A stretch of 63,898 nt of DNA, filler included, from Asterionella formosa (taxonomy: Eukaryota): NCBI GenBank assembly GCA_002256025.1. It is 5 parts of 5 records of this genome, joined end to end, with 100 filler letters (N's around TTAATTAATTAA, not from the genome) between each part and the next. Parts side by side here need not be neighbours in the genome. Positions count along the whole stretch, not along the records: positions 1 to 29,040 come from NKIB01001100.1; positions 29,141 to 30,962 come from NKIB01001104.1; positions 31,063 to 60,056 come from NKIB01001105.1; 2 more parts are not named here. One strand, written 5' to 3'. The notes below the pieces were generated by a model. It was not told where the DNA came from, ran no database searches, and saw only the letters and a list, made by a program, of their open reading frames with translations. The position numbers were made by a program, and so were the translations under genes. This document shows positions 26,750 to 40,921 of the stretch, piece by piece (position 1 is the stretch's first letter; each line of letters opens with the position of its first letter).

Positions 26750-29040
26750 ACGGGTAGAAGGTTGGGGATGACCAAGCTCAACAAGAATGTTGCAAATAGC
26801 ATATGCCTCTTTGCCATTGTGGAACGAAGCAGCTAATTCGGCCTCAGCAGCACTTGATAAAACCTCCTTAAGAATTTGACAGTGTACTTAAATAGCACCG
26901 TTAAGAGGAGGGATGGACATAGTGAGGCTAGGCGGAGACATTTACAGCTGAGAAAGTGAATGCCAGCAGCGCAGGAGTGACCACGCGTTTCAGAGAGATA
27001 GGAGGCATTGCTTTCAACATGGAGGACCATGTCACTGGCAGTAAAGCGAAGGGTGGCCTCAGGATGAGTGGCACAATAATTGAGAAGGTGAGTAATAGCA
27101 GTCAAGGTAGCCACAGTGGGGGTTGCTTATTGTGTAGCCAATGTACCAAGTGCCGGCAACATAGTACAAACAATAGCACGTGCATAATACAATAAAGTAC
27201 CAAGAATCTCTTGCACATGTGTTTTATCATGGAGGTCAAGGACAGGAGTGACATCAGAAATAACAAATTGCTGGCAAGCGCCATAACTAGGGGCAGTCCA
27301 GGCATGGGGGGCATGTTGTGGCTGTGTTGGGGTGGAGTGCGTGAATCATTGTAGAGCACGAACGATGTACCCAGGCATAGTGAGGTCAATGGTGCGATGT
27401 TCGTAGTCCCATGTCAGCGTAAGGCCAATGTAACGAGAGCCAGTCCAATCAGTTGTGAGAAGGTATTTGGTACGTCAAGTGGTGAGGAGACGGTCCACAT
27501 CACTACGTTTGGTGTAACGTACACCAAAATCATCAACAACAAGTGTAAACATGAGATCACTGGTGGTATCCATCCATAAGCCAGGTGTGACTGGGCATGG
27601 GAGGTAATGATGTGGGAGCAAGAACTGAGGAAGTTGGTCATTGGCAAGTTTACCAGCCTGAGGCAGCCCATACATGCCACGACGGATTTCGGCATAGATG
27701 TGCCCATCAATGATTTTGGGAGCTAGGTTGTAGAGGATTTGAATGTGTGGGGGGATCATCCATATAGGGATGCGCACGTATTCATACTTGGCAGGTGCAA
27801 GATGACTTTCCAGATAAAAATCAGATAAATCCAGAGTCATGAAGCGGCCATTGGGGGTACTGATGGTGCTGTTGAACAAACATTTTGCAGTAGTGAGATC
27901 AGCAGTCTTGGTGCTGACATTGCCAGTGTAAATGACACAATCACCCCCAGCGGTCCAATGAACATGTTGGGGAATGGTTTTTTCGGGTCGATCGGCACAC
28001 ACAATGCGGATGTAAGTGGCCAATTTATGAATGAAAAAACAGCAATTAGTACCCGTGGGCATGTCAGAATGGGGTCCCAAGCCCTGAAATAACCGGCCAA
28101 TTTCTAAGCCTTTGGCGGTGGCCCACAGGGGAGCAGTGCTGCAAGTCAATAATTCTCTATATCCAGCAATTTTGCCAATGTCAGGGTTGATAGCGGTGCC
28201 ATGGAAACAAAAATTAGTGGCCAGGGGAGTAGCACTGGTTTGAGGAGGGACGGAGAGAGCACAGTTGGCAAGCAAAGATTGGGTGTGGGGTTGGCTGGCA
28301 TGTGGTGCATCACGTGGTGTGTTTTTACGGCGACGACGGCTCTTGGGCACAGTGGTAGTGTCATAAGTGTCCGAAGGGGAAAGTGGTAGGGGACTGGGCA
28401 GCACAACAGCATCGCGATAAGTGCGAGGGGGTGCCGGAAGGATCGTGCTGCCACTGGTAGGAGGGGCCCTAGGAGTAGGGTTAGGGGTTAGGTTAGGGTT
28501 ACCGGCGAGGTGAGGGTTAGGGTTTGGGGTAGGGTTAATACCACTCGGGTCGGTAGGGTTAGGGGTAGGGTTAGGGTTAAGCACCCTCAGTGGTTGGGCG
28601 GTGCCATCGAGGGCGGGAGAGACCGGGAAAGGTGTACAGGCATCAGGATCAGGGAGAAGGGGGATGGTGGATGCTGTGGTTGTACCGGGCACCCTCAGTG
28701 ATGGAATGGGGTGATGCAGGAGGGGAGCAATGGGTAGTTGGGTGAGCTCAGGCGGTGAGAGAATTTCAAGGAGCTGCTGGAGAGCAGCTTTGTGGGTTGC
28801 AGTGAGTGGTGCAACGGGAGACCGAGTGGGGGGATGTAACAAGGCATAGGCAATGTCCTGCAAACTGGTTGTGATGAGGTCAGTGGATGAATTACAGGGT
28901 AGGTGGACTTTGGTTGGAAACCACGAGACAGTATCGCAGATTCTGATTGAACGTGTGTCCCACATCCAGATGCGGTAGCAGCGATAGGAATCCACAGCAG
29001 GGCCGACATACCAACCATCGAGAGCATGCGGAGCCCATGT
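26750..29040 (-). mobile_element. Ty1/Copia (CoDi-like) pol fragment: integrase C-terminus, Pro-rich linker, RT, RNase H start; degenerate
   Basis: GWYVGPA..SYRCY, RIVCADRPEK, RGMYGLPQAG, LVVDDFGV, LHVESNASYLSE; frameshifts; runs into a gap. Confidence 0.9.
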
Positions 29041-29140
29041 NNNNNNNNNNNNNNNNNNNNNNNNNNNNNNNNNNNNNNNNNNNNTTAATTAATTAANNNN
29101 NNNNNNNNNNNNNNNNNNNNNNNNNNNNNNNNNNNNNNNN
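29041..29140. other. Assembly gap with artificial TTAATTAATTAA linker (also at ~30963-31062, ~60057-60157, ~61978-62078)
   Basis: N-runs centred on an identical 12-mer with stops in all frames. Confidence 0.95.
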
Positions 29141-29779
29141 AATTTGCTACCAAAATCCTCGCGTATAAATAATGATACAAATGGGTTATGACTTAGTACA
29201 CCAATTGAATGGTCTAAATAATTAGTGCCAACGGATGTAGAAAATATTGATGCAAACAAATTTCAAAAAAACAGTACCGGTACACAAACTCATGGAAAAC
29301 AATGGACATATAGTGCATTGAATATCTTCGAATTATCTATATGCAAATATGATCATCTCAACAATACCAGACGTTCCATATTGAGAGTGCCTTTGATTTT
29401 TATAAATGTACAACACTTGATATATTTACATATTTACAAATTTTATAACTATATACATGGCAAATATATTTGAAATCGTTCTGTCATGTTAACAAATAAT
29501 GCCTGCTTCATGAAAAGAAATATCGGAGTAAAGCACATGACAAGAAAGGAAAAGTTTACACAATAACAAAAACATTGTGGCTTCGACACATTGCGCCTTC
29601 GAAGGATGAATTATGTTTAAGGTACTGAAGCCATCAATGTGGTACTTGGATGACAATCGTTGGGAGGCAGGACAACAACAAATTGTAAAATAAATGCACA
29701 TTTCCTTTTTTCTCAGTTGAATCAACAGCTCGTTTCGCTTGTTGGGGAGCACCAATGTAAAACAAAACAAAATTAGTAA

Positions 29780-30709
29780 GTGCTCTTGTCATCGGACTTA
29801 TTCACTTATGATGGAACATCACTGACGGACTCGCCACATCTACCTTCTCTCAAATTTAAGCTAACGAAAATGAATCGGTAAGAAGTTTTATTCGGCAACA
29901 TTGGAAAGCAACCTGAAACTTACTTATTCAAGAATTTACTGACAATTTACTATTACAGACTTATACATCACTTGCTTAGATTTGGCTGTGGTAAGTGAAG
30001 CAAGCAAGAGGATACGATGGAATGGCGTGATGTTGTGTCAATGTAACATGAGTAGCTAACAAATCATTCCTTCTCATTGTTACTGTAACTGCATGCATAG
30101 GACAATAAAACCAATCAAACAACGGAATAGTCGGCGAGTTTAGAGTGACACTAACAGCAGGAAAAGAGACGCAACATTAGGAGGCACTGCCTCACACATG
30201 ACTCAGAATAGGGGAAGGAAAGGGCGAGACAGGAACAATATACATTGAGCCGAGTAGAGAGAGAAACATTGGGTCGCTGGCATGTAGATTAATAGATAGC
30301 ATTGCTAAATTTGATAGTTAAATTACGATCCATTTCAATCTATTTTGAACAATGCTTGTGATTGGAATTATGATCATGTTTATGATAGATTTACGATGAA
30401 ACAATTTAAATGATAGCATAGAGTTGAGCTGATTTTAGGATGCGTTGTAGTAATAATTTACATCGGGCAATCACGAGAATTGAAAATAATATGAGAAGGT
30501 TTATGATGATGATGAGTAATGTTGTTGATCAGTTGATATACATTGTGTGATTATAATGTTCTTATTATCATTATACTTCAAGGTCGGTAAAATATTAAAA
30601 ACCTTGATCATAATTTTGATCGAAAAATTGTCATATATACGAAAATCCTGTGCCACTTAGCGTATAATACCCTTGATCCTATATGCATGATACTTTTTAT
30701 TTGCAGACG
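29780..30709. mobile_element. Right part of TIR-family copy B, abutting a Copia fragment
   Basis: 30265-30709 is highly similar to 49735-50238; the more internal part resembles ~38850-39200; ends ttttatttgcagacg. Confidence 0.75.
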
Positions 30710-30962
30710 GACATTGCTCCGAGTTTTCGAGTTTTGTCTGTTTTGCAGGTCAAAAAGCCGCTCTTGTTTCGTATCGTCATGCTATCGTCCTCGAAGATCA
30801 CTTGATGACCCTTGTCGATCATTCTAGAGACACTGATGATGTTCTGCTTGAGCTCCGGTGCATAAGGCACATCGGTGAGTTTCAAGTGTTTTCCTTCGTC
30901 AGTAGTCGTCAGGGTCACAGTACCAGAGACAGTTGATACTATCTCAGTTCCATTCCCTACCA
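30710..30962 (-). mobile_element. Copia protease/pre-integrase fragment
   Basis: VGNG..SGTVTL..LKLTDVPYAPELKQNIISVSRMIDKG, the typical Copia post-protease motif. Confidence 0.75.
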
Positions 30963-31062
30963 NNNNNNNNNNNNNNNNNNNNNNNNNNNNNNNNNNNNNN
31001 NNNNNNTTAATTAATTAANNNNNNNNNNNNNNNNNNNNNNNNNNNNNNNNNNNNNNNNNNNN

Positions 31063-31996
31063 GTTGTTCTGCTGTGTTTCATTTCCATAGGGTCAGTTTC
31101 AGACCATCCATTGCTCCCCAACAATTTGTTATAAGTGGGTATTTCTGATTGATCATGGTTGCAAACAAGGTGGCTTCGTCTACAGTAGGCAGTCTCACAA
31201 CGGCATCTTCATGTGTCAGCAGTACTTTTACAATCATTCGCCTTGAAAACCTCAACCAAACACTCAAAGAACCATGAGTTAATCCGAAAATAATCTGAAG
31301 AATCATATAGGAACCACGAGTCCTGGTCCATGCTAACCCAAGCGCTAGACAACTGATGGAACAGTGGTATCTTTGCGAACCTTTCTTTGTTGTTGAATTT
31401 CTAACAATGAAATCCGTATTTTTCCTACAGGGAGTGAAGGAATAAAAACAAGGTTTGTACAGCTGGTGTAGGAGCTCGAAAGAAGCATGGTCAAACCCAC
31501 ACAAGGTAATCAGAGCATCATCATGCTTGCTGTTGAACAAAGTCCAGAATGGACTCGATAATGGATGCTGTAGTGCGTGGCAACGGATTTTGCCACTTCT
31601 TCTTCTGACCTCATCAACAGTCAAACTTTCCCTGAACGATGGCGTCCTATTTACTGGTAAATAGCACATTGCTAACAGTAGCAATGTGATCATAATGTCA
31701 TCATCATCAGGAGATGAGATGAAAGTCGACATGGTCAGTGACCGACGATGATGAATATATAGAACGCATGCATATAATGAACAAGAGGCGGCATAGCATA
31801 CAAGAGGATGCATCGATATGAAAATTTAACTGTTGAAAATTAAAGTTAAAAATATATATTATGTCAGAGAAGTAATCTAAAATATCTCTATTAGCTATCA
31901 GAGCGCAAGGACGATATTATGTAGCAGATCACCAGAATAATTTGTGTTATAATACACACATGATATAATAATTTTTTATTATCAGAGCGCGCCCAC
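31063..31996 (-). mobile_element. PIF/Harbinger element: terminus plus N-terminal half of the transposase (truncated by a gap)
   Basis: LALGLAWTRTRGS..LQIIFG and CWGAMDGLKL (DDE_Tnp_4 first Asp); terminus atcagagcgcgcccac followed by taa. Confidence 0.8.
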
Positions 31997-32027
31997 TAAG
32001 GTATAATTTTTTAGTCTAATCAACAGA

Positions 32028-34200
32028 TTGCCCCTAAGAAAGATCAATATTCAGTCAACAACAGATTGCGATAATGACAATAGCAACGCAAATGACTGTC
32101 TTCCCTTCTCTTTGGATGATGAACAACTTCTACTTAATATACCGCTAGCGGATCTCAACTCGTCGGGCAAACACTCAGATGAATGGAAAGATGTCCTTTC
32201 AAAGGCGCAGAAAAAGAAGAATAGATCACCATCGCTCTCGCCAATATCACCGCAAGCATAAGGCGTATCTCCCAACGCAAGATCAACAATAGTAGTCAAT
32301 GAAACTAAGAAAAAGAAAATCGCGGTCTCCACCGATCGACTACAACACTCGTCAGTGATCATCAGTGAGCAATGCACGAATATACAATCACCACAATACA
32401 CAACTACAGAAGAACAGGACAGGAAAGGATACACAAAGGACCTGATCAAACCAGTGACAGTCAACAGGATAGCGATGCATTCCTGCTTTTTAATTCAGAT
32501 CAGAAGCCCCCCAGAGAAACTTGCGAGATCCAAACGACTGGTGGTGACACAACGAACACGACTAAACAGCAGAAAATTTCGACCCAGGCCCCGAACACAT
32601 CACAGGGACTGATGGAGAAAAACAAATCAAGTTTGAACATGGTGCCAACCACACCGGCCTTGATGCAATCAACAGTCGAATTTTACGACCTCAGTATTTC
32701 TGGAGAGGAGATATCCACTGACGAATCACTAATGACAATAGTTTGTGCTTCGATGAAATCACTATTAAAATCAACAACACACATGTTTATCCAACCACCG
32801 GATCATGAAGATATTCTACCAGTTATCACACACACTAATAGTATGTTACCGAAATCGGTGGACACAAAGTTGATCAGACAATACATCAACAAGGGCAACA
32901 CATATGGAAACTATGTTTTGGTGTCATTAAAACGGAAGGTAGTGGGACAAGCAACCTTCTTACAACGCCGAAAATGCAAAAATTATTCATGAATCACCCT
33001 TCTTTACAACTACAAGAATTGATCTTCGGCATTTCCCAAACAGTCATCTTAGGAGCATTATACAGCTCTTTGGAACATGAAGACAGGAAGAGCTTAACAA
33101 GTCATATCGAGACAAAACTTAAATAATATAAATAGAATAGCAGGTCAGGATTAAAATTAGTTGGTCGAAAAATCATGAATCCCTAGGTATGCCCTCAGTT
33201 TCCACAAATTTGATTCGATGCTGCAAGGATGACTATGATGACATTTGACAAGATTAATAGAGACTGGACAAGGCCAAAAATGAAATTTGTTCCCATGCCA
33301 GCTATTAAAAGTTCTCATGAGGCCACGGCGAAATTTATTCAAAAACAGCGCCAATTTGAAAAGAAAGCAATCTCTTTCAGCCTTCGAAACCTACGGCCAC
33401 CCGATACCATTATCCACTTTAAAAACTAGGGGGGATTTAGAAACCTATAACCTGACGATGATGGAAATTCTACAAAATCTAACAGATGAAGATAACAGCC
33501 CCATCTTTGCATGGTAGGAAGAAAGACATGGTCATTCTCTTGGGACCATAGAAACACGAAATGTTTTTCTTCCTTTTGATTTAACCTGACCAAGTATCTT
33601 CAGAATCTTTTACCAGGAATACTACCATTGGACTTACTTACTCCTACGATTCAGTTAATCGACAGTGATATGAATCACCACACGAAAAGGGTGGAGATGG
33701 AATGAGGGGATCGCAATTCTGGAAGACATTTTCGCTGATTTCTTGGAGACGACATTCCCGAACTTAATTGACAAAAATTTGAACCTAGATCAAGTTAGCA
33801 ATGAAATAGGCATGTACCAACAGGTAGCTTCTTATTCTTATGGCAGTTACAGGTCAACAACAAAGAGACACCAGAAACGACCTAAACCAAAGACGGCTCG
33901 GATGCAATGGGTATCCAATTATGAATATCAACATGAGAAGGACCTGAGTGAGAGCAGCAACACGAGATCCGGTACAAGACTAAGCCGTAGAAAGATTATA
34001 AAGTAAAACCAGCATCCATCTAAATCATCTGCTACCAACACCCCCAACATAGGAGGAATCAGATTACAGAAAAAGTCCTTTCCCACAGCTACTCAGAGAG
34101 AGGTTCCGATTTTTATCCTAGCGCCATAGTAAACTTTCAACCAGAGACAATATCAGAAAAGTCGGGCGGAAAAGGACCTGTATTCTGTGTGATGGGTCAG
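32028..34200 (+). pseudogene. Decayed A-rich ORF, possibly a non-LTR ORF1
   Basis: Chain of broken same-strand ORFs with coding-like composition; no firm motif. Confidence 0.3.
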
Positions 34201-34224
34201 ACAGAAATTAATGTTCAGGTACAG

Positions 34225-34970
34225 TCAGCGGAAGGAATCCTTTTTCCGATTTTTTAATCCTTTCAATGTTCTTGGCCATTGGAAGGATGACTGTAGTTTC
34301 AATAACTCCTTATAGGACCATTTAGAAACAGCTCGAATAGTAGAATCATCACCACAGATGATTGTAGAGTAGATAACATTGTTTTTCATAACTGCATCAA
34401 TAATCATTTACACACCGGCTTCTGGTTCCATTGCCTTCGAACTACCAAACAACCAGTTATGTGATTCTTGAGCAAACATGTTCTTTGGCTGGTTTCTTGT
34501 ACCATATTAGCCCTGTTGCACATAAAAGACCCTAGCTAGATTTCACTCTGTAGTCTAATATTTTTTTGTGTAGCCGCCAATACAAAAAGCATGTCCACTT
34601 CCGGAGTTCTACTTATTTCCGCTGGACCACTGCTGCCAGCTCATATCATAATAAACGGTGAGTTGCGGCATATTGAGTACAAAAAAGCGGTCCATACCAG
34701 TAAGACTGTTCCATTACTGAAAATTACGTCCTTTTTCAGCCCAGTCTCCTCATTCATGCACATTGAGTGTCTGATATATTTCGTCCTGACACACCTCTTT
34801 CATTGCAAGAGCGTCTGCAGCAACTTCAGCCTTTCCAACCAGTTCCTCTTCTACAATACCGAAGTTACCTTGCATAGACCAAAACCCAAAAGTAATTGGT
34901 AAGTTCATTGCGGAGTAGATGATCTCTGCATCAGCTGGTCCCATTCCGGCTTCACAACAACCCAAAATAC
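34225..34970 (-). pseudogene. Mutator-like transposase (PF20700-type) remnant
   Basis: Broken frames read GMGPADAE..AMNLP, YDMSWQQ..SG..SGHAF.IG, GSSKAMEPEAG and IICGDDSTIRA. Confidence 0.6.
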
Positions 34971-35245
34971 TGTTTGATGATAGAAAATTGTTTTGCTTGT
35001 ATTGAACTATTTCTTATCTACTCACATTCCACAAGATGTTATTCAAAATGTTCGAAATGATGAAGCAAGTACATATTTTACAACTCACAACACTGTTAGG
35101 GTTAGGGTTGGAGGAAGGCTGGCCATTTCAGGCACCCATCATTTATCCTTTTCACTGACAAAGCAAGTTACGTGCGCAAGAGACCATGAGTTCCTATACC
35201 AATCACCGCAACAATCCAGAAGAATAGTTCATGAATTGAAAGATA

Positions 35246-38200
35246 TGTCTGCAAATAAAACCATCATATTTCCATGATGCATTATAGGATTATGATCATC
35301 TGATCAATATTTTTTGTTATATCATCTAATTATTTTGATAAATGCCTTTGTAATTTAAATAGTAACCCTTTTGACTATGGAAATTTAATTAATATATGTA
35401 TTGTTTCTTTTAGTTTCCTTTATTTAAATTTCTTGGTAGGATAATGTACCAGTTAGAGTAATGTGGTTTGGCTCATCATCCTCGCCAGTCCTCACTCTGA
35501 TTCTTGCAACAATGACAAAGCAGCCATGTCGAGAGGAACGAATGTTTGTGATAAAATCTTCATTTGTCGTTCAAGTCATCATATGTCTTTGATGAATCAT
35601 CATCTACATTGTACAGTATGTTTGTACTATGCAATCCGTTAAGAGCTTGAAAAGAAATCCAATGAAAACGAAATGGCTCATCACACAAGACGAATATTTC
35701 CGGTCTGCCACCAGAGCATCAATCAGTGTTACAACCTCAATCATAGCTAAACAACATCCATTATAGAACAACACAATCTACTTCTCCGTAGCATCGTCTC
35801 TCTAGCAAGAATGTAATACATCTAGAATTGAAACGCAGCATAGCAGGCGATATGCACAAAGAAGCATGAGACTGTCTATTTATAGTAACAGAGTGATTCT
35901 GGTTTCGTAATTTTCATGTCTCATTAGATTTCCTTTGTCATCATACTAGTAGTTCCTCACCTTTGAAGACAAGAGCGTATTCATTGATGTATCTGGAATA
36001 TTTCAATGGATGGCAGCAGTTGGTATTAGACACAAACCTCAACAAAAGCACTATGTTCATGAAAAGCGAGACACTTTGCTTGGCCTATCGCCCACCAGCC
36101 AGTCTATACTGCAAAAATGCAAGAAGCACAAGTTCAATGCCCATTTATGGATTCAAATTCCAGTAGTGCAACAATGTAAAATATTAGAAACCGGAAGTCA
36201 CATTTCATCTAATTACGGTTTTCATTAGCTATACTAGTATTGATTGAGAGGAAGCAATGGTAGAATGGCTGCCAAACGGGCGGGGGCAAACACAGAGAAT
36301 CCTACTAATTTTTCTCCCCAATGATCCCAGACCCTTTTTGAATGTCACTTGCTACAGAAAATGTAGAACAGCCGCCATGATCTGTTGATTGTTGCTTTAT
36401 GGTGCCACTGACCGAGACCTCCAGAAATCTCAATGAGTTGCTTGTTTCTTGAATTAAATGGTGCAAAAGGGATCGAAACCAGTGGAAAAATCAAAAGGGA
36501 ACTAATAATGCTCTGCAAACATCCGGACAATTGTGAAAGAGAAATGAAGGTTCTTGGGAGGAGAAGTAAAGGGATAATTGCTTCTGGTCTCCTTGCGGGA
36601 ACAAGAATGGATTGAACCAAACAATGTTGACAAAAAGATACCTACAGAAAAAGGAATCATTGCTTTCGGCATCATCAATCTATACACAAGCCTGCGCTAC
36701 CTGATGTCGTCAATATAGCTCCCTTGACTTCATCAATGAAGAATTCGATGGGTGGAGCATGTGAAGAAAATCGGGGTTGAGGTTTTCTTGACGCCAACGT
36801 GGACCTGCTTGGATGAACTCCTTGCAGATGAAGGCATTGAGTAACCTGGGCCTGTGAAGCCAAAGGATAAAGAAAAATCTATGACAAGGGTGCGTTGTGA
36901 GATAGTGTTTAGGAGGGGGGGGGGNNNNNNNNNCCCCCACCCCCCCCCCCCCCCGCCCCCCCCCGCCCCCCCCCCCGCCCCCCCGCAAAAGTTATCATAG
37001 CTGAACGCATTCGAAACTTGTATAGACAATAAATGGTGGCATGCAATGGCTGCTCTTGGCTGACAGCTGCCAAGTCAAGTACAAACGCAACAAGGGTGCA
37101 CAAAAGACAGTCCAATTTTAATCGACTGGCTAATACTTAGTTGTGAGACTCACCATTCTGCAATGGGGTGGACTTTGATCACTGCTTCGTTCAAAGCACA
37201 ATCAATTCGAATGCTGTCCAGTGAAACAGCCAATGAAAACAATTGTGGCAAAAAAGCGCAGAACAGATCAAGAGCGAGATTTCATAGGAATTAAAATAAC
37301 AGGGCATATATGATGCACTGCTCCTTGTGTAGACTAGCTATATTTGATCATTTCCATATTTCATACTATACAGGTGCATGGATGAATCCTCCCGCCCTTT
37401 CATTAGATATGCAGCCATGTTGCGATAATTCTACAGGACCTAGAGGATTGGTAGTCTGTTGGTCATCATTTCCGCATTGTATATACCAGTAGCTAGGAGT
37501 CATGTATGCATGCATGCTGCGATAATTCTTACAAGACATAAAAATTTGGTAGCTTGGGGTTTTTCACTTCCGTACTGTATACAGGGGGGAAAGGGTTGCA
37601 TGCATGAGCAGCCAACTACTCCGGTATAAACTATGATCTTTAATCAATGAATTTAGATTCGTTTATCCTATAACTTTGATCATAACATATTGATCATATG
37701 ATGAACGGTATTGTTGATGAGAAAATGAATGATCAACATTTATTTTCAAGAATCAGGATTAATTGATCTTAAAAATATGATCAAATGATCCTAAACACAT
37801 GAGCATATTCAGTTTTCCGCTGCACTATTGTTGTATTTTCATGATAGAAGTAATTACCAGAAATTATACAGTACTACCTGTAGGCCATATGAATATTGGT
37901 CAATATGTCTATATACATAAATGTCTGATTTCGACCATTTGAAAAATTGGTGATGACTCCCGTTTATTAAGGGGCTTAATTAAATCAGCCACTGACTTGT
38001 AGGTACAAGAATTGACACACAAAAAAGGAAAAAACTCAACAGGTCGTGGAAAACTATGAACTCATCATGCATTGTATATATTTGAACTATGTATGATTAA
38101 AATTGATATTAGTATACACAGGATGTGCCGTATAATGGGTGTGTTTAAAGCTATGCAAATGTTCAACTATGTATACATTTAAACTTCTTACAAATCTTTA

Positions 38201-39541
38201 TATATATGTATTCATGGCTGAAACATTTGAAATCATGTTTTCATGTTCCTTGTCATGCATACACTTTGCTCCTAAATTGAAGGATTAACACAGATGATAG
38301 GTGATAATAAAGCACAATGATACTTGTGAATTAGAAGAGAAGGGCGGAATCAATTGATGGTAAGTCAAGAGCAGATGCCTTTCATGTTCCTTGGTGCCAT
38401 GCTGCATCCACTTCCTCTAATAAAGGATCTCAAGCAACACATGATGCGAAAAACTGAAGTGACAATACAGCACGATAAGAATGAGTGAATATGATGGAGA
38501 AGGGCGGAATCAACAAGCTGTGCATAGCATCACGGTTTGTCAAGAGCAAATGCCAAGATGATCAATTGCTGGGATTACAAATACGGAATGACTCGTCCCC
38601 TTTCAGTGATTCAACAGCTCCTTTTCGTTTTGGTGGCTGGCCAACCATCAATGTGGACAAAAGAAATCGGTAAGTGCTGCCTAGTATCAGCCAGCTTTGG
38701 ATCAATCTATTACTGTTAGAAAAACTGACACATATGTGTTGCTTTTTCCAGGATAATGGTAGACAAACAGTATTTGTAAGTTACAAGCAGCAGTGTTGAA
38801 GCCCATTTATTCATCGATATTTTGCTTCTCATTCAATCTTCGACTGACACATTCTTCTACAGAAATATTCATCAGTTACTTCCTCAATTTGTGGTAAGTG
38901 AAGCAAGATATAAGCGAAATGAATGTTGTTGTGTAAGCAAAACATGAACAGCTAACAATGAATTGCTTCTCTTTGTTAGTATGGCTGATTGGAACAACGA
39001 AACGGATTCAATAAGTGAATGCAAACTCAGAGCATTCCTCAGGAGTAAATGAAACAAAGCAAGCAGGGGAACAACGGCAAGGCAATCAGTACAACAACCT
39101 TCAGAATTGGATTGGGGGGGGAAGGTGGAAGTGAAAGCTGCACTAATAATCATTGCGATGAGAGCATTGTAGAACATTCTGTAGCCACTTAAGATATAGA
39201 ATCATAGAACCATTCTTAGCTAAATATAGTTCTAATTTTCGATTAATTTCATCCTATTTTAGACAGTGATATCGATGAGAATTACGATCATGCTAAGATA
39301 GATGTATGACAAAAGTATACACATCATATGACCATGTTTACCTAATTATATGATGCAATGGTATTATAACTATGATAGTCTCATCACACTTCAAGCTCGG
39401 TAAAAGTTTACTGCATGATCATAATTATATAATACATTGATCATATTTTTGATCGAAAAACTATCATATATGTGAAAATCCTGTGCCACTTAGCGTACAA
39501 TACCCTTGATCATATTTTCATGATATTTTTTGTTAAGAGAC
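35246..39541. mobile_element. TIR-family copy C (~4.3 kb, diverged right end) with unidentified internal cargo
   Basis: 35246-~35950 is homologous to 47798-~48480; family subterminal motif at 39474-39515. Confidence 0.65.
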
Positions 39542-40258
39542 GTAGAGGACCACCAATTCTGATTTTCATCGCGACTATATCTTGTCCTCCCTTACCACCA
39601 GCCCTAATTTCGGAAATGAGACAGCCACCACTGGAACGCAGCATGATTTTGGTTGTTGTTTTTGTGATTTATTTGTTAGACAGCGCCCGCTTGTAACCAT
39701 GACCCTTGTACTCCTTTCATCTCGCGACTCTACCCTCCTTGCTCCAATTTATCTCATTTAAGAACCAAAGTCCAACCCCATATTTCTTGGGACAACCCCC
39801 TTATTGATCCATCATCTCTACACGTGCGAGTAGTTTTCCAGAACTGCAATACCTTTAATAAGGACCACTTTGAACGGTTCACTTACCTCAACCAATGAGT
39901 TAGTCGGGGGAACTCGGAATTACTTTTTTTGATTAAATTTGTGGCAAATCAACATTAATTTTTATCAATGATAGAAACTTTTTCCTAACTAAATTTTCAA
40001 TGACTCTTTTTACTTAGTATATTGAAAATCGAAAAATAAAAATAAATTTTTACTACTGTACATTTTGTCAAGAAATCGGATGCATAATGTATCAGATGTA
40101 CTTACGTTTTCGACATGGAATACATCATACATACAACAAACCTTATGTATACTTTGTACATTCCGTATATATAGTGTTACATATTATATATGCTTGTGCA
40201 GCTGCCTGTGGTATGGGGTTGATGAGACAGCCAACTCCATCTTGACCATGAAGAAATT

Positions 40259-40921
40259 ATGGATTTGAATATCTTCACGAATATTGACAATGAACAATTC
40301 CTATTTCGTAGGTTTATGATTTTCCAACCAACCGAGGATGGTAAATGGTCATGTGGTCCTTTTACTATTGTGAAGTTTATGGAATTATTACGTCAGTTAC
40401 ACCATAGTGGAGAAACGGTGTTTATTGGGAAGCGAAGTGAGGCTCAGTTAACGATTGATGGTTGGGAATGAAATTTTATTGCAAATAATGGAATTGGATG
40501 GTCATTTCCTGGCAATACCACAGATTTCGGAATTGAAGACGCAGTTATGAAATATGTTTTAAAAAACGTGGGTTTGTGTGTTGATAAAGTTGCAGCAATG
40601 GAGTTCATTCCTAATTTTGAGTTATCTCCGACGTTAAGTGATACCAAACTGACATATCTTAGTGAAATGATTAAATATCCTGTAAAATCATTCCAATGGC
40701 ATAATAATGAAGAATCCACGAAATTTGACAAAGAATTCGAACATGCTTTGGTTATTGCTGAGGCCATGCAGAGAGTGAGCCATCATTCTGTCCTTCTGGA
40801 TCGCGTTCAACACGATAGAGTTTACAAAGATTTTAAGAAATTATGGAAATCTTCGGAAGAATCAGCAGATGATGACATTTCATATTCATCATCAGGTCCT
40901 CGAAAAAAAGAACATACATAA
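40259..40921 (+). pseudogene. Possible Ulp1/C48 protease-like fragment (TE-associated)
   Basis: FQPTEDGKWSCGPF..KFMEL resembles the Q..D..SCG catalytic motif; interrupted by a stop. Confidence 0.3.

Noticed and set aside
36911..36986. Poly-G/poly-C inverted tract and Gly-rich ORFs
   Set aside because: Flanks an N gap; probable low-quality sequence.
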